From positions 1 to 54,059 of the forward strand of contig CAZGOS010000002.1 in the NCBI GenBank assembly GCA_964527795.1: 54,059 bases of DNA. Reading direction: 5' to 3'. The notes beneath the pieces were generated by a model, which had not been told where the DNA came from, made no database searches, and saw only the letters and a program-made list of their open reading frames with translations. Made by a program: the position numbers and the translations under genes. This document shows, one piece after another, positions 8,208 through 17,257 of this stretch (positions within the stretch are counted from its first letter, which is position 1; every line of letters begins with the position of its first letter). This stretch comes from an uncultured Rhodothermales bacterium. GTDB taxonomy: Bacteria > Bacteroidota > Rhodothermia > Rhodothermales > UBA10348.

Positions 8208-10514
8208 CTATCGCACATCAACTTTGATTCCGACAGACGGGATTAACGGAAGCTGATCTACACGATCACCCGTAAATATATTGTACGAAAAAATGTTCGA
8301 GCGGTCGTAAACGTTTATCACACCGAGTTGTAGTGTCACCTCAATCCGATCAAACGTGAAGCGTCGCTCGAACGATATATCAAACCGGTGATACGGTGGA
8401 AGCCTTGCTCCGTAAAGCGTTGCACGAGAAACGTAGGTCTTGCCCGGCCGAGTCAATCCGCCCGACTCGGACAGCGAATGCGGGTCCAAACGCCGATAAT
8501 ACCCATTGACCTGTGTGAACGGAAGTCCAGAGCCAAATTGCCACCGAGCACCCAACTTGTTTCGTCCGAATTCGAGTTGAGCCATCGCATTGACCTGGTG
8601 GCGACGGTCGTGTGGAGGGAAGAATTCGATCGAGTCGAACTGCAGGACTGTCTCGACGCCGGGGATCAGAATTCGCCTCTCGGTTCCGGTTGTTCGCTCG
8701 TACTTGACTTCTGCCAGGCTGTAGCTCACTCCGGCATAAAATGAAGGCAGGTTCACTTCCGCTTTGAAGTCGAGGCCTTTTGCATTTCCGGACACCTGTC
8801 CAAATCTCGTTTTTCCTCCTACTTCCTCGGAAAAAACCGGAAACGTCAGATTCTTCAACCACTTCCGGTATCCTTCGACGGTGAGTTCAAGCCATGGGAA
8901 TACGCGGCCTTTCCAGCCGCCGATGATATGGGTCGCTTCCGGTACGGCAGAATCCTGCGGGGAAGCCGCCCAGATCGTAAACACCTCCGAAACGTCCTGT
9001 TCGTTGTTCAGACCGACGATCTGCTGAAAATATCTGCCCCAGGCAATGCTGAACTGATGTTTGCTCAAGTTTCCGGCAGGCTGCAGAATCGCACGGATGC
9101 GAGGGCCGATCGACATTTTAAGACCATGCGAGAATGATTCAACGCGGACTCCAGGCTCTATCCTCAGCCTGTCAGCCACGATGAACCGCATGTCTATAAA
9201 TCCACCTCCGCTCGTCACGGCAGCGTTAATGGGATTCTGACTGTGACTCAGCCGATAGGTGAAGCGATTCAGATTCCCGAATATGCCCGTATGGATCTGT
9301 GTATCGCCGAGCAGGTAGTGATATTTCATCTTCAGTGTAAAACCTTCCACTTCCGATTCCCGGAATTCATCTTCCGTGAGACGGAATTCACTGTCCATGC
9401 GTGTAAAGTGAGTAGCGAACTCGAACATGGCCGGATAGTCCGGCGGCATGTAGAGGTATTGCACTCCGTAGGCTTGATTGTTCCACGACGATTTCCTGAC
9501 TCCCATTTCATCCGCGGAGCCCTTCGCCAAAACGTTGCCTTCATCGAACGTGCGGAGCCCCGTGATGGAGACGCTGCTCGTGCTCGTCAGAAACGCGTGG
9601 AACTTGGCAAACAGGTCTCCAAAGCGAAACGGAAGCTCTTTACCCAGAAGATCGGGCGCCAGGCGCTCAATCACCGATTCGCGAAACGACACCAACAGGG
9701 ATACATCGTTTTTGACAACAGGAACTTCAATTCGAAAACCACTCAGAAAAGGTGCGATCGATCCCGATGCCTGGACGCGTTTCTTATTGCCGTTCGTTGT
9801 GGCGATATCGATCACAGACGAGATACGCCCGCCGTACTGCGCGCCAAATCCGCCGGCATAGACATCCGTGTACGAAATGATATCGGCCGGAAATGCCGAA
9901 TAAAAGCCCACAATGTGAAAAGGCTGGTAGATGGGGATACCATCCAGCAAAAACAGGTTCTGCGTGGGCGTTCCCCCTCGCACGAACAGGTGCCCACCCC
10001 GGTCCCCGGTTGAAACAAAACCGGGCAGGGTAAGCAGGTAACCGGCCAGGTCATATGTGACATCCGGCATGGGTACCCGAGCCAGATCGGAAGGATGAAT
10101 GGTCTCCAGTCCGGCGACGAAGCGACCTGCCTCATTTCGAACGGATTCTACGACGATTTCATCCATTTCTGCATCGACGAGGGCAAGATTGACGTCAACG
10201 AAGACATCTTCTCCCAGTCCAATCTGAAGCGTATCACTCCATGTTTCGAACCCAACGAACGATACGTACAGCGCATAACGACCCGGGAGAATTCTATTGA
10301 AGGAAAAAAGGCCCTTTCTGGTGGTCGCTATGCCGCGCCTTTCTCCTTCAAAATCGTCGAGCAGGACGGTTGCGCCCACGAGCAGGTCGCCTGCTTCTGC
10401 GTTCCTTACGAGTCCACGAACGCTCGCCCGCTGAGCTACTGCTTCGCCAACGTGGACCAGTGCCACCATGAGCAGAATGACCGTTTGAATAGTACGTATA
10501 GTGGGTGGAATCAT
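8208..10514 (-). CDS. TonB-dependent receptor with N-terminal carboxypeptidase-regulatory-like domain
   Basis: Signal peptide MIPPTIRTIQTVILLMVALVHVGEAVAQ (ATG at 10514), then VRGLVRNAEAGDLLVGATVLL...GRYALYVSFVGFETW (CarboxypepD_reg), a plug region and a C-terminal beta-barrel ending ...GIKVDVR. Confidence 0.85.
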   Translation of the reverse strand: MIPPTIRTIQTVILLMVALVHVGEAVAQRASVRGLVRNAEAGDLLVGATVLLDDFEGERRGIATTRKGLFSFNRILPGRYALYVSFVGFETWSDTLQIGLGEDVFVDVNLALVDAEMDEIVVESVRNEAGRFVAGLETIHPSDLARVPMPDVTYDLAGYLLTLPGFVSTGDRGGHLFVRGGTPTQNLFLLDGIPIYQPFHIVGFYSAFPADIISYTDVYAGGFGAQYGGRISSVIDIATTNGNKKRVQASGSIAPFLSGFRIEVPVVKNDVSLLVSFRESVIERLAPDLLGKELPFRFGDLFAKFHAFLTSTSSVSITGLRTFDEGNVLAKGSADEMGVRKSSWNNQAYGVQYLYMPPDYPAMFEFATHFTRMDSEFRLTEDEFRESEVEGFTLKMKYHYLLGDTQIHTGIFGNLNRFTYRLSHSQNPINAAVTSGGGFIDMRFIVADRLRIEPGVRVESFSHGLKMSIGPRIRAILQPAGNLSKHQFSIAWGRYFQQIVGLNNEQDVSEVFTIWAASPQDSAVPEATHIIGGWKGRVFPWLELTVEGYRKWLKNLTFPVFSEEVGGKTRFGQVSGNAKGLDFKAEVNLPSFYAGVSYSLAEVKYERTTGTERRILIPGVETVLQFDSIEFFPPHDRRHQVNAMAQLEFGRNKLGARWQFGSGLPFTQVNGYYRRLDPHSLSESGGLTRPGKTYVSRATLYGARLPPYHRFDISFERRFTFDRIEVTLQLGVINVYDRSNIFSYNIFTGDRVDQLPLIPSVGIKVDVR

Positions 10515-10679
10515 ACTTCTCAAAACGACAAGCGAACGGGGGGTTTGTCAGGATTGAAAGAAATTACTCCTGAGCGGTGGAACCGCTCCAATAAAACCAA
10601 TAGAGTATTATAATTTGTACCGATCTTTGAGCTGTTGGGCACTTAAGATAATCTGTGTTTTCATTTTCTACGTTTGGCC

Positions 10680-10916
10680 ATGCAGCAACATGTTCGATGG
10701 ATAATATTCGGCGTCATCGCTCTTTTCATCGCACTCGTTCTGATAGACTCGTTGGGCTATTTTGACGACAAATCGTATTACGAAGTGCCGCACGGTAGCC
10801 ACGCGCACTATCTACCCAAGGATTGCGTTCCACCGCTGCCAGTGAGCAGGGCACCGACCACGCGCCCGGGTCCGGGGATGACGGTTAATTGTCAGGGCCG
10901 GCTCGTACCGGAATAG
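10680..10916 (+). CDS. small single-pass membrane protein with an HxxHxH histidine-triad-like motif
   Basis: MQQHVRWIIFGVIALFIALVLIDSLGYF (TM segment), then YYEVPHGSHAHYLPKD. ATG at 10680; track start 10674 is TTG. The gene is divergent from the TonB receptor. No obvious SD. Confidence 0.5.
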   Translation: MQQHVRWIIFGVIALFIALVLIDSLGYFDDKSYYEVPHGSHAHYLPKDCVPPLPVSRAPTTRPGPGMTVNCQGRLVPE

Positions 10917-11009
10917 GTTCTACTCTGTCGCGACTCTTAAAAGGGCATTACCGGCTAGCCGGACGGATGTCAAAGTCAATTCGGGGTGCAGGATGGCGAG
11001 GGGTTCTCG

Positions 11010-13058
11010 TCAGCGCACAACCGTAACGAGCCGTTTTGCAACTGAATCTCCGGATGAGATCTCAAGCGCATACACGCCGGAGACTGTGGCCGGCGGTATC
11101 AGGATGGTCCGAATGAAGGTGCCGGCATAGGTTGATTCCAGGTGATACGTCGCAACGAGGCGTCCGACCATATCGACGAGCGTCACGATCACAGGCCCGG
11201 CTGATGGAAGATCGAGTCGCAGATTGATCTCGTCGGAAGCCGGATTCGGATAGGCCGTCACGTCGAACCGCGTTGGTGGAATCTTCTTCGTCACTTGAAC
11301 AAACGGTTCCCGCAGAATGCGACGGTCCGGATCAAACTCTACACCGGTGGCTGCTGCATTCAGGGGCAGCAAATAGACCTGCATTCTCTCTGAGTTTTCA
11401 ACCATGATCCTCTGATCTCCAGCCTCGGTGTGGATCAATAGTTCGATCGGCATGCTGAATGCGCCTACATTCGATTCATCGATTCCTTGAATTTGCTCGA
11501 TCTCGATCATAACGGCATGGTCGGAACCGAGGGAAGCTGCCGTCCAGTCAAGTTCGTATCGGGGATATCCCGTACCGCTTGTTACCCATTCATCGAAAAA
11601 TGTCGTCAGATTCAGTCCCGATACCTGCTCCGCCACACGCTGAAAATCCTCCGACTCCGCCGTTGAGTACCGAAGGGATGCATCGCTCGAAAACGCTCGA
11701 AGAATCTCTCGGAAAGATTCATCTCCGACCATGGAGCGTAGCATGTACAGAACCATGGCCCCTTTTGAATACACACGGCTGCTCCGGAATAAATTCGAGA
11801 CGCTCGTCGTATCCTCAACGACAAGTGTGCCCGTCGCCGTTAGAGCACGCGAGTAATAAAGATCGAAGATGGTCTGGAAGGTGTTGGGGAACCGTTCGGG
11901 GTTCGACTCCCAGAACAGCAACTCGCTCATCGTGGCAAAACCTTCGTGCAACCACAGATGTGGCCATGTTTTATTCGTGATCAAATCGCCGAACCACATG
12001 TGTCCCAGCTCGTGGGCTACCAGTCCCAAACCCGAATTCCCCATCGAAGTCATGGTTTGATGCTCCATGCCACCGCCAAACGTAACATGCGCATGTCCGT
12101 ACTTCTCTTCCGGGAACGGGTACGGCCCGAACCAGTGTTCGAACACCGGCAGAACTTCCAGAACTCTCTTCCATCCGTTCGTAGGGCCCGTGCCTTCGTA
12201 GTGGTTGGACCCCTGGTAGACGTAATGGAGGATAGGCAATGAGAGCGGTCCAAACTGAGAGGCCAGAGAATCCGGTCGCTCATATACCTGCTCGCGCACA
12301 ACGTATCGACCGACAGCGAGAGAGACCAGATAGGACGAAATCGGATAGGCGTGAACCCAGTCGTAGGTAACCGTTCCGTCTCCGTTTGACGTCTCGGTTC
12401 TGAGCAGGCCGTTGGAGCCGGCGCGCAGATCCGCCGGTGTGCGAACCGTGACGCGTACACTGTCGGCCTTGTCGGACGGATGATCCTTGTTCGGCCACCA
12501 CTCTTTTGCACCGTACGGCTCGGAGAGCGTCCAGAGATAGGGATCTCCGTTATTGAGGGTGCCCCATACGAACGTGCCGAAGCCGCCTCCGGTCGGATTG
12601 CCGGCGTACTCGATCGTAACCTCGATCGTTTCCCCTGCCTGAGCCTGCGTCGGTAATTGAATCGAGACGACTTTATTCGAATGGGTGAACGCCAGAGCAC
12701 TATTATTGTCCGCTGTTACGGAAACCACGTTCATGGTTTGGGCAAGGTCCAGCTTCAGCACGTCGAGCGGAAAAGTCGCTTTGCCACGCACGGTTACGGA
12801 TCCCCGCAGAACGGGATCGCGACCCGGATTCACGTCCAGATCCAGACGATAATGCTTCGCGTCGAATTCCGGTGAGGCGAGCGATGCCTGTTTGCCGTAT
12901 GCTCCGGACGCCGTACCGGTCAGGTGGTCCAGGGACAAAATCTTCCCAGCCGCACACAGGGCTGCGCCGTCATTTTCGTTGATAACAGTCTGCCCTTTCG
13001 CCTGCACAGACAACAGTAAGAGCAGACAGAGGGTGCCTATAGATTTCTTCATATCCAT
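11010..13058 (-). CDS. M1-family zinc aminopeptidase with T9SS C-terminal sorting domain
   Basis: HELGHMWFGD...WLHEGFATM (HEXXH-18-E). The C-terminus ...VTAYPNPASDEINLRL...SGVYALEISSGDSVAKRLVTVVR matches the Por secretion tail pattern. The signal peptide MDMKKSIGTLCLLLLLSVQAKGQ favours the start at 13058, not the track start 13229. Confidence 0.85.
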   Translation of the reverse strand: MDMKKSIGTLCLLLLLSVQAKGQTVINENDGAALCAAGKILSLDHLTGTASGAYGKQASLASPEFDAKHYRLDLDVNPGRDPVLRGSVTVRGKATFPLDVLKLDLAQTMNVVSVTADNNSALAFTHSNKVVSIQLPTQAQAGETIEVTIEYAGNPTGGGFGTFVWGTLNNGDPYLWTLSEPYGAKEWWPNKDHPSDKADSVRVTVRTPADLRAGSNGLLRTETSNGDGTVTYDWVHAYPISSYLVSLAVGRYVVREQVYERPDSLASQFGPLSLPILHYVYQGSNHYEGTGPTNGWKRVLEVLPVFEHWFGPYPFPEEKYGHAHVTFGGGMEHQTMTSMGNSGLGLVAHELGHMWFGDLITNKTWPHLWLHEGFATMSELLFWESNPERFPNTFQTIFDLYYSRALTATGTLVVEDTTSVSNLFRSSRVYSKGAMVLYMLRSMVGDESFREILRAFSSDASLRYSTAESEDFQRVAEQVSGLNLTTFFDEWVTSGTGYPRYELDWTAASLGSDHAVMIEIEQIQGIDESNVGAFSMPIELLIHTEAGDQRIMVENSERMQVYLLPLNAAATGVEFDPDRRILREPFVQVTKKIPPTRFDVTAYPNPASDEINLRLDLPSAGPVIVTLVDMVGRLVATYHLESTYAGTFIRTILIPPATVSGVYALEISSGDSVAKRLVTVVR

Positions 13059-13192
13059 TGTACACAGACGAGCGAAATGCATGAAGAAGACGCATCGAAA
13101 AATAGCCGTGTGGGACTGAATCCCCAAGGCATCTGCGTTCGTAGCACTCTCCGCTCCGAATTCTTCATTTAATCGATACAGAACGCCCAGCC

Positions 13193-14515
13193 ATGATCGC
13201 CTATATCCTGCATCTGTTCCTGACCGCAAGTCTTTTTACCTCTCCTTTAACATTCGACAAAAAGGAGATATACGCTTTCGTAAACGTGACGGTCATTCCC
13301 ATGACCGGAGAAACGGTTCTTGAGAATCAGACAGTAGTCATCCGGGGGGACCGAATTGTAGCCATAGGACCCTCGAGCGAGGTCGAAGTCTCTCAGGATG
13401 CCGTGCGCATCGATGGGAATGGTCGATATCTCATCCCCGGACTCGCAGAGATGCACGGGCATATTCCACCGCCCACCCAATCTGCACAGGAAATTGAGAA
13501 CGTATTGTTCCTGTATGTGGCGAACGGCATTACGACCGTCCGCGGCATGCTCGGATATGCCAATCAGATGGAGCTGAAAAAGAAGGCTCTTGCTGGAGAA
13601 ATCGTTTCACCGAATCTGTACCTGGCAGGACCCAGTTTCAATGGGAATTCCATCCGTTCGCCGGAACAAGCCACCGAGAAGGCTCGGGCGCAAAAGGCTG
13701 AAGGCTGGGATCTGATAAAGATCCATCCGGGACTCTCACGGGCGGAATATGACGCCATGGCCGAAACCGCACACGAATTGGAAATGCGTTTTGGTGGACA
13801 CGTCCCGTCAGATGTGGGTATTTCCCATGCGCTGGATATGGGCCAGGAAACGTTTGACCATCTGGACGGCTACCTGGAATACGTGGCCGACAAGAATGGC
13901 TATGTAGATGAGGATAAGCTCACTGAAATCGTCAGGAAAACAAAAGAAACCGGTGCCTGGGTGGTGCCCACGATGGTGCTCTGGGAAACCATCCTGGGCG
14001 CTTCCGACCTTGAAAAAATGAGATCCTATCCCGAATTGGAGTACGTTTCGCCGCACGCCGTACAGGGTTGGGTGAACGCGTTCCGGCAGCGCATCAGCAG
14101 TCCGCAATACGATCCCGTGATATCCTCAAATGTCGCGAAGTCCAGGATCCACATACTGGCCTCTCTTCATAAAGCCGGCGTTCCTGTTCTCATGGGAACG
14201 GATGCACCCCAGCAGTTCAGCGTACCCGGATTCTCGCTGCACCGCGAGTTGGAACGCATGCTTGATGCCGACATGTCGCCGTACGAGATTCTGAAGTCAG
14301 GAACGTACAATGTCGGGCTCTATTTTAAGGACCAGGATAATTTTGGAACGATTGAAGTAGGTCAACGAGCCGATCTGCTCTTGCTGAACCGAAATCCCCT
14401 CGACGACGTTCGAAATGTTTCAGCGCGCGCGGGTGTGATGGTACGCGGAACGTGGATCTCGGACGACGACATCCGCGATCGATTGAAGGAGATTGCACGC
14501 TCCTATTCCAGTTGA
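13193..14515 (+). CDS. amidohydrolase-family metallohydrolase (secreted)
   Basis: N-terminal hydrophobic leader, then ...IVIRGDRIVAIGPSSEV...IDGNGRYLIPGLAEMHGHIP (HxH metal site), ...LMGTDAP..., ...GQRADLLLLNRNPLDD... Confidence 0.8.
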   Translation: MIAYILHLFLTASLFTSPLTFDKKEIYAFVNVTVIPMTGETVLENQTVVIRGDRIVAIGPSSEVEVSQDAVRIDGNGRYLIPGLAEMHGHIPPPTQSAQEIENVLFLYVANGITTVRGMLGYANQMELKKKALAGEIVSPNLYLAGPSFNGNSIRSPEQATEKARAQKAEGWDLIKIHPGLSRAEYDAMAETAHELEMRFGGHVPSDVGISHALDMGQETFDHLDGYLEYVADKNGYVDEDKLTEIVRKTKETGAWVVPTMVLWETILGASDLEKMRSYPELEYVSPHAVQGWVNAFRQRISSPQYDPVISSNVAKSRIHILASLHKAGVPVLMGTDAPQQFSVPGFSLHRELERMLDADMSPYEILKSGTYNVGLYFKDQDNFGTIEVGQRADLLLLNRNPLDDVRNVSARAGVMVRGTWISDDDIRDRLKEIARSYSS

Positions 14516-14520
14516 TCAGC

Positions 14521-16008
14521 CTATTGGCCTGACGTGCCCCCGTCTGGCCAGTCCGGATTGGGCACAGGCATCTCGGCCCCGGTTTCTTTTCGCCAGTCGC
14601 GCAGGAGACGCAGTAGTCTGTTTGCCACGTCGGGCTCAATCGCAGCGATATTTTTCGTCTCGGATGCATCGGCTTCGAGGTCGTACAGTTCGATACTGCC
14701 ATCTTCGAACCACTCTATCAATTTATACCGGCCCATTCGAATGGCTCCGGACGGTCGATTCCCGGAGCCATGATAATGCGGGAAATGCCAGAACAGCGGT
14801 CGGCTGTCTATCTCGGCTTCCCCACTCAGAATCGGCACAAGACTTCGGCCGTCACGCGCATCGTCCGTACGGGGAGACAATCCGGCCAGGTCTTCCAACG
14901 TAGCGTAAATATCCGTAGTCGAAGCCGGCCCGGTCCGAATTCCGCCCGCCTCTGTTTTGCCCGGCCACATGACGCTGAAAGGTACCCGGATGCCGCCCTC
15001 GTAAAGCCAACCCTTCCCTGCCCTGAGCGGATCGTTGGAAGTGGGCATGGATGTGCGACCGGCTGCCAGGGTGCTCAGACCCCCGTTGTCAGATACAAAA
15101 ACTACGGCCGTATGATCGGCGATCCCGATCGCTTCCAGCTCGGATAGAATTTTTCCGACGCTCCGGTCCGTACTCTGAATCATTGCAGCATAAACAGGAT
15201 GGTTCTGACAGCGCCGTGTAGTTGCGCGGCCACTTTCCGGGGTATAAACGGCTTGCCGGCATTCGCCCGGTAGCTCAGCTTTCCGACGAAACACATTGAC
15301 CAGCTCCTCCTTGGCCTGAAGCGGAGTGTGCACGCTATAATAGGCATGAACCAGCAGGAAAGGCCCCTTTGCATTCTCTCGGATGAACGAGAGACTTTCG
15401 TCCGTGAGGCGGTCGGTCAAATATTCTCCCTCCTGCCCGCCTTGCAGACCCGGCACATCCCAGAAGGAATTTGTCGGGTGCTCATAGGGATAAAAATACG
15501 AGCCCGGTTGACCTGCGGCATGGCCACCAATGTTTGCATCGAATCCCTGTTGTTCCGGGAGGAATCCATCGCCTCCCAGGTGCCATTTTCCAACAAATCC
15601 GGTCGCATATCCCGACTCCCGGAATCGTTCTGCGATCGTCACCTCGTCCAGCGGAAGTTGCCTCCGGTACTCAGCCTGAATCAGTTTCCCTTTCTGCTCT
15701 CCCCCGATCCAGTTCGTAATTTTTACACGCACAGGATGTTTGCCGGACATAATACTAGCCCGCGTCGGCGAACAGACAGGACTTGCGGCATAAAAAGATG
15801 TAAATCTCGTACTATTATTGAACAAACGATCAATATTAGGTGTTTCGTAAAAAGAACTGCCATAAATACCCGTATCCGCCCAACCAAGGTCGTCCACTAT
15901 GAATAGAATCACATTCGTGCGTGGCGCCGGGGTGCACGAGGTCAGAGACAAAAGAATCGCGAGTAGCGCAATGGTTTGCAGACGATAGAGCCCGCTGGAT
16001 CTTGCCAT
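14521..16008 (-). CDS. formylglycine-dependent sulfatase (arylsulfatase family)
   Basis: NVILFIVDDLGWAD...SPVCSPTRASIMSGKHP (CxPxR motif). Lipoprotein-like leader MARSSGLYRLQTIALLAILLSLTSC from the ATG at 16008. Confidence 0.85.
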   Translation of the reverse strand: MARSSGLYRLQTIALLAILLSLTSCTPAPRTNVILFIVDDLGWADTGIYGSSFYETPNIDRLFNNSTRFTSFYAASPVCSPTRASIMSGKHPVRVKITNWIGGEQKGKLIQAEYRRQLPLDEVTIAERFRESGYATGFVGKWHLGGDGFLPEQQGFDANIGGHAAGQPGSYFYPYEHPTNSFWDVPGLQGGQEGEYLTDRLTDESLSFIRENAKGPFLLVHAYYSVHTPLQAKEELVNVFRRKAELPGECRQAVYTPESGRATTRRCQNHPVYAAMIQSTDRSVGKILSELEAIGIADHTAVVFVSDNGGLSTLAAGRTSMPTSNDPLRAGKGWLYEGGIRVPFSVMWPGKTEAGGIRTGPASTTDIYATLEDLAGLSPRTDDARDGRSLVPILSGEAEIDSRPLFWHFPHYHGSGNRPSGAIRMGRYKLIEWFEDGSIELYDLEADASETKNIAAIEPDVANRLLRLLRDWRKETGAEMPVPNPDWPDGGTSGQ

Positions 16009-16099
16009 GGTATTCTTTTCGTTCGAACTCGGAAATTCGTACTCGGAGAGCTGCGTGCGCCCCAATATAACCAGACATTCACCTCGTATGTCGGAATCG

Positions 16100-17236
16100 T
16101 CAATTGACCTCTGTTTCCAGAAGCAGGATCTGAGACGGTGCCGGACCCACGGTGAACGACGACAATTCCGTGCCGTCCCGATTCAGAACGACTACTGAAC
16201 CAGAGGACGTAAAATCCGGAAACGCACCCGCGCTGCTCCTTGGAAACCTCCCGACGTACAACAGCTCGCGAGAGGCATCGTAGGCGATGCCCGACAACCC
16301 TATCAATCCGTTTTGGGGCTCCAGTACGAACGAGTGTTCAAGCGAATGCGTTAGTGCATTGATGCGATAGATCGTATTGACATCCCCTGCCGTGGCGTAG
16401 AGTTCTTCGGCTTGAGCAACGTAATAGCCTGCGACTGTACCGTTCGTGGCTCCCAGCTGCGTACCCAGCTCGATTCGAGTCGTAACCGTTTCGGAGTCTG
16501 TGGCGAAGAAAACGATGGAGCCGTTAGTCTTCGAAAGTATCTGACTGAAATCGTCGTTGTAAACGGTTTTCCCGGTACACAGAATGATCAGCTCGATTGC
16601 GTGTCTGACGAACAGATCACGAGGACCGTCGCACGGAACTTCGATCGTCCGCGCGTTTTGTTCGCCGACGGCGAATACGGATAGCGTTCGGCCGCTCCCG
16701 AGATTCCCGTTATTCGCCACGTATATCCTACCCCCGAGTTCGGTGATGCCTTCAGGTACCTCGCCCACCGTTATGGGATCGCCGGCCTCGTTTGAAGAAA
16801 CGGATACCGGTACGACCACGCCGTTCGAACCAAACACAAGATTGCTCACATAGGCCGTTCCGCCGACAATAACCATGGCACGCGGGGCGGGCAGGCTCTC
16901 CATCTGACCAATAGCGCCCATCGTTTTCAGGTCCACGATACTGACGCGTCCAACCGAAAACGTATTGACGAGGGCATATAAACGGACGCCGTCGAACACA
17001 AGTCCCTGCAGGAAGCCATTCAGGGACGGGCTGTGTCGTACCTCTTCGGTTGCTGGATCGTAGCTGGAAATGGTGCCATTCTGATCTCCGAAATTTCCTC
17101 CGTTTGCAACAAGAACCGTTCGCAGGTTCTGTCCCGGTACGTCATTACCGGAATTGACGGTGTCGCATCCCGTCTGAAGGCTCAGAGACGAAAGGCAGAG
17201 GAATATAACTGATGTGCGATAAATGCCTGTTTTCAT
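16100..17236 (-). CDS. surface lipoprotein with repeated beta-propeller-like blades (YncE/DUF5074-like); positional equivalent of BtuG-type B12-capture lipoproteins
   Basis: Lipobox LSLQTGC. Recurring VANGGNFG.../YVSNLVFGSNG.../YVANNGNLGSG... blade-like motifs. It lies 21 nt downstream of the riboswitch-controlled receptor. The functional link is inference. Confidence 0.55.
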   Translation of the reverse strand: MKTGIYRTSVIFLCLSSLSLQTGCDTVNSGNDVPGQNLRTVLVANGGNFGDQNGTISSYDPATEEVRHSPSLNGFLQGLVFDGVRLYALVNTFSVGRVSIVDLKTMGAIGQMESLPAPRAMVIVGGTAYVSNLVFGSNGVVVPVSVSSNEAGDPITVGEVPEGITELGGRIYVANNGNLGSGRTLSVFAVGEQNARTIEVPCDGPRDLFVRHAIELIILCTGKTVYNDDFSQILSKTNGSIVFFATDSETVTTRIELGTQLGATNGTVAGYYVAQAEELYATAGDVNTIYRINALTHSLEHSFVLEPQNGLIGLSGIAYDASRELLYVGRFPRSSAGAFPDFTSSGSVVVLNRDGTELSSFTVGPAPSQILLLETEVN

Positions 17237-17257
17237 GACTTTCCTGAGGACTTGTAT

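Noticed and set aside
10646-10668. GATAATCTGTGTTTTCATT upstream of the histidine-triad ORF as a possible Fur/Zur box
   Set aside because: Only about 10 of 19 positions match the classical Fur consensus and it has no dyad symmetry. That is too weak to call without a genome-specific motif.
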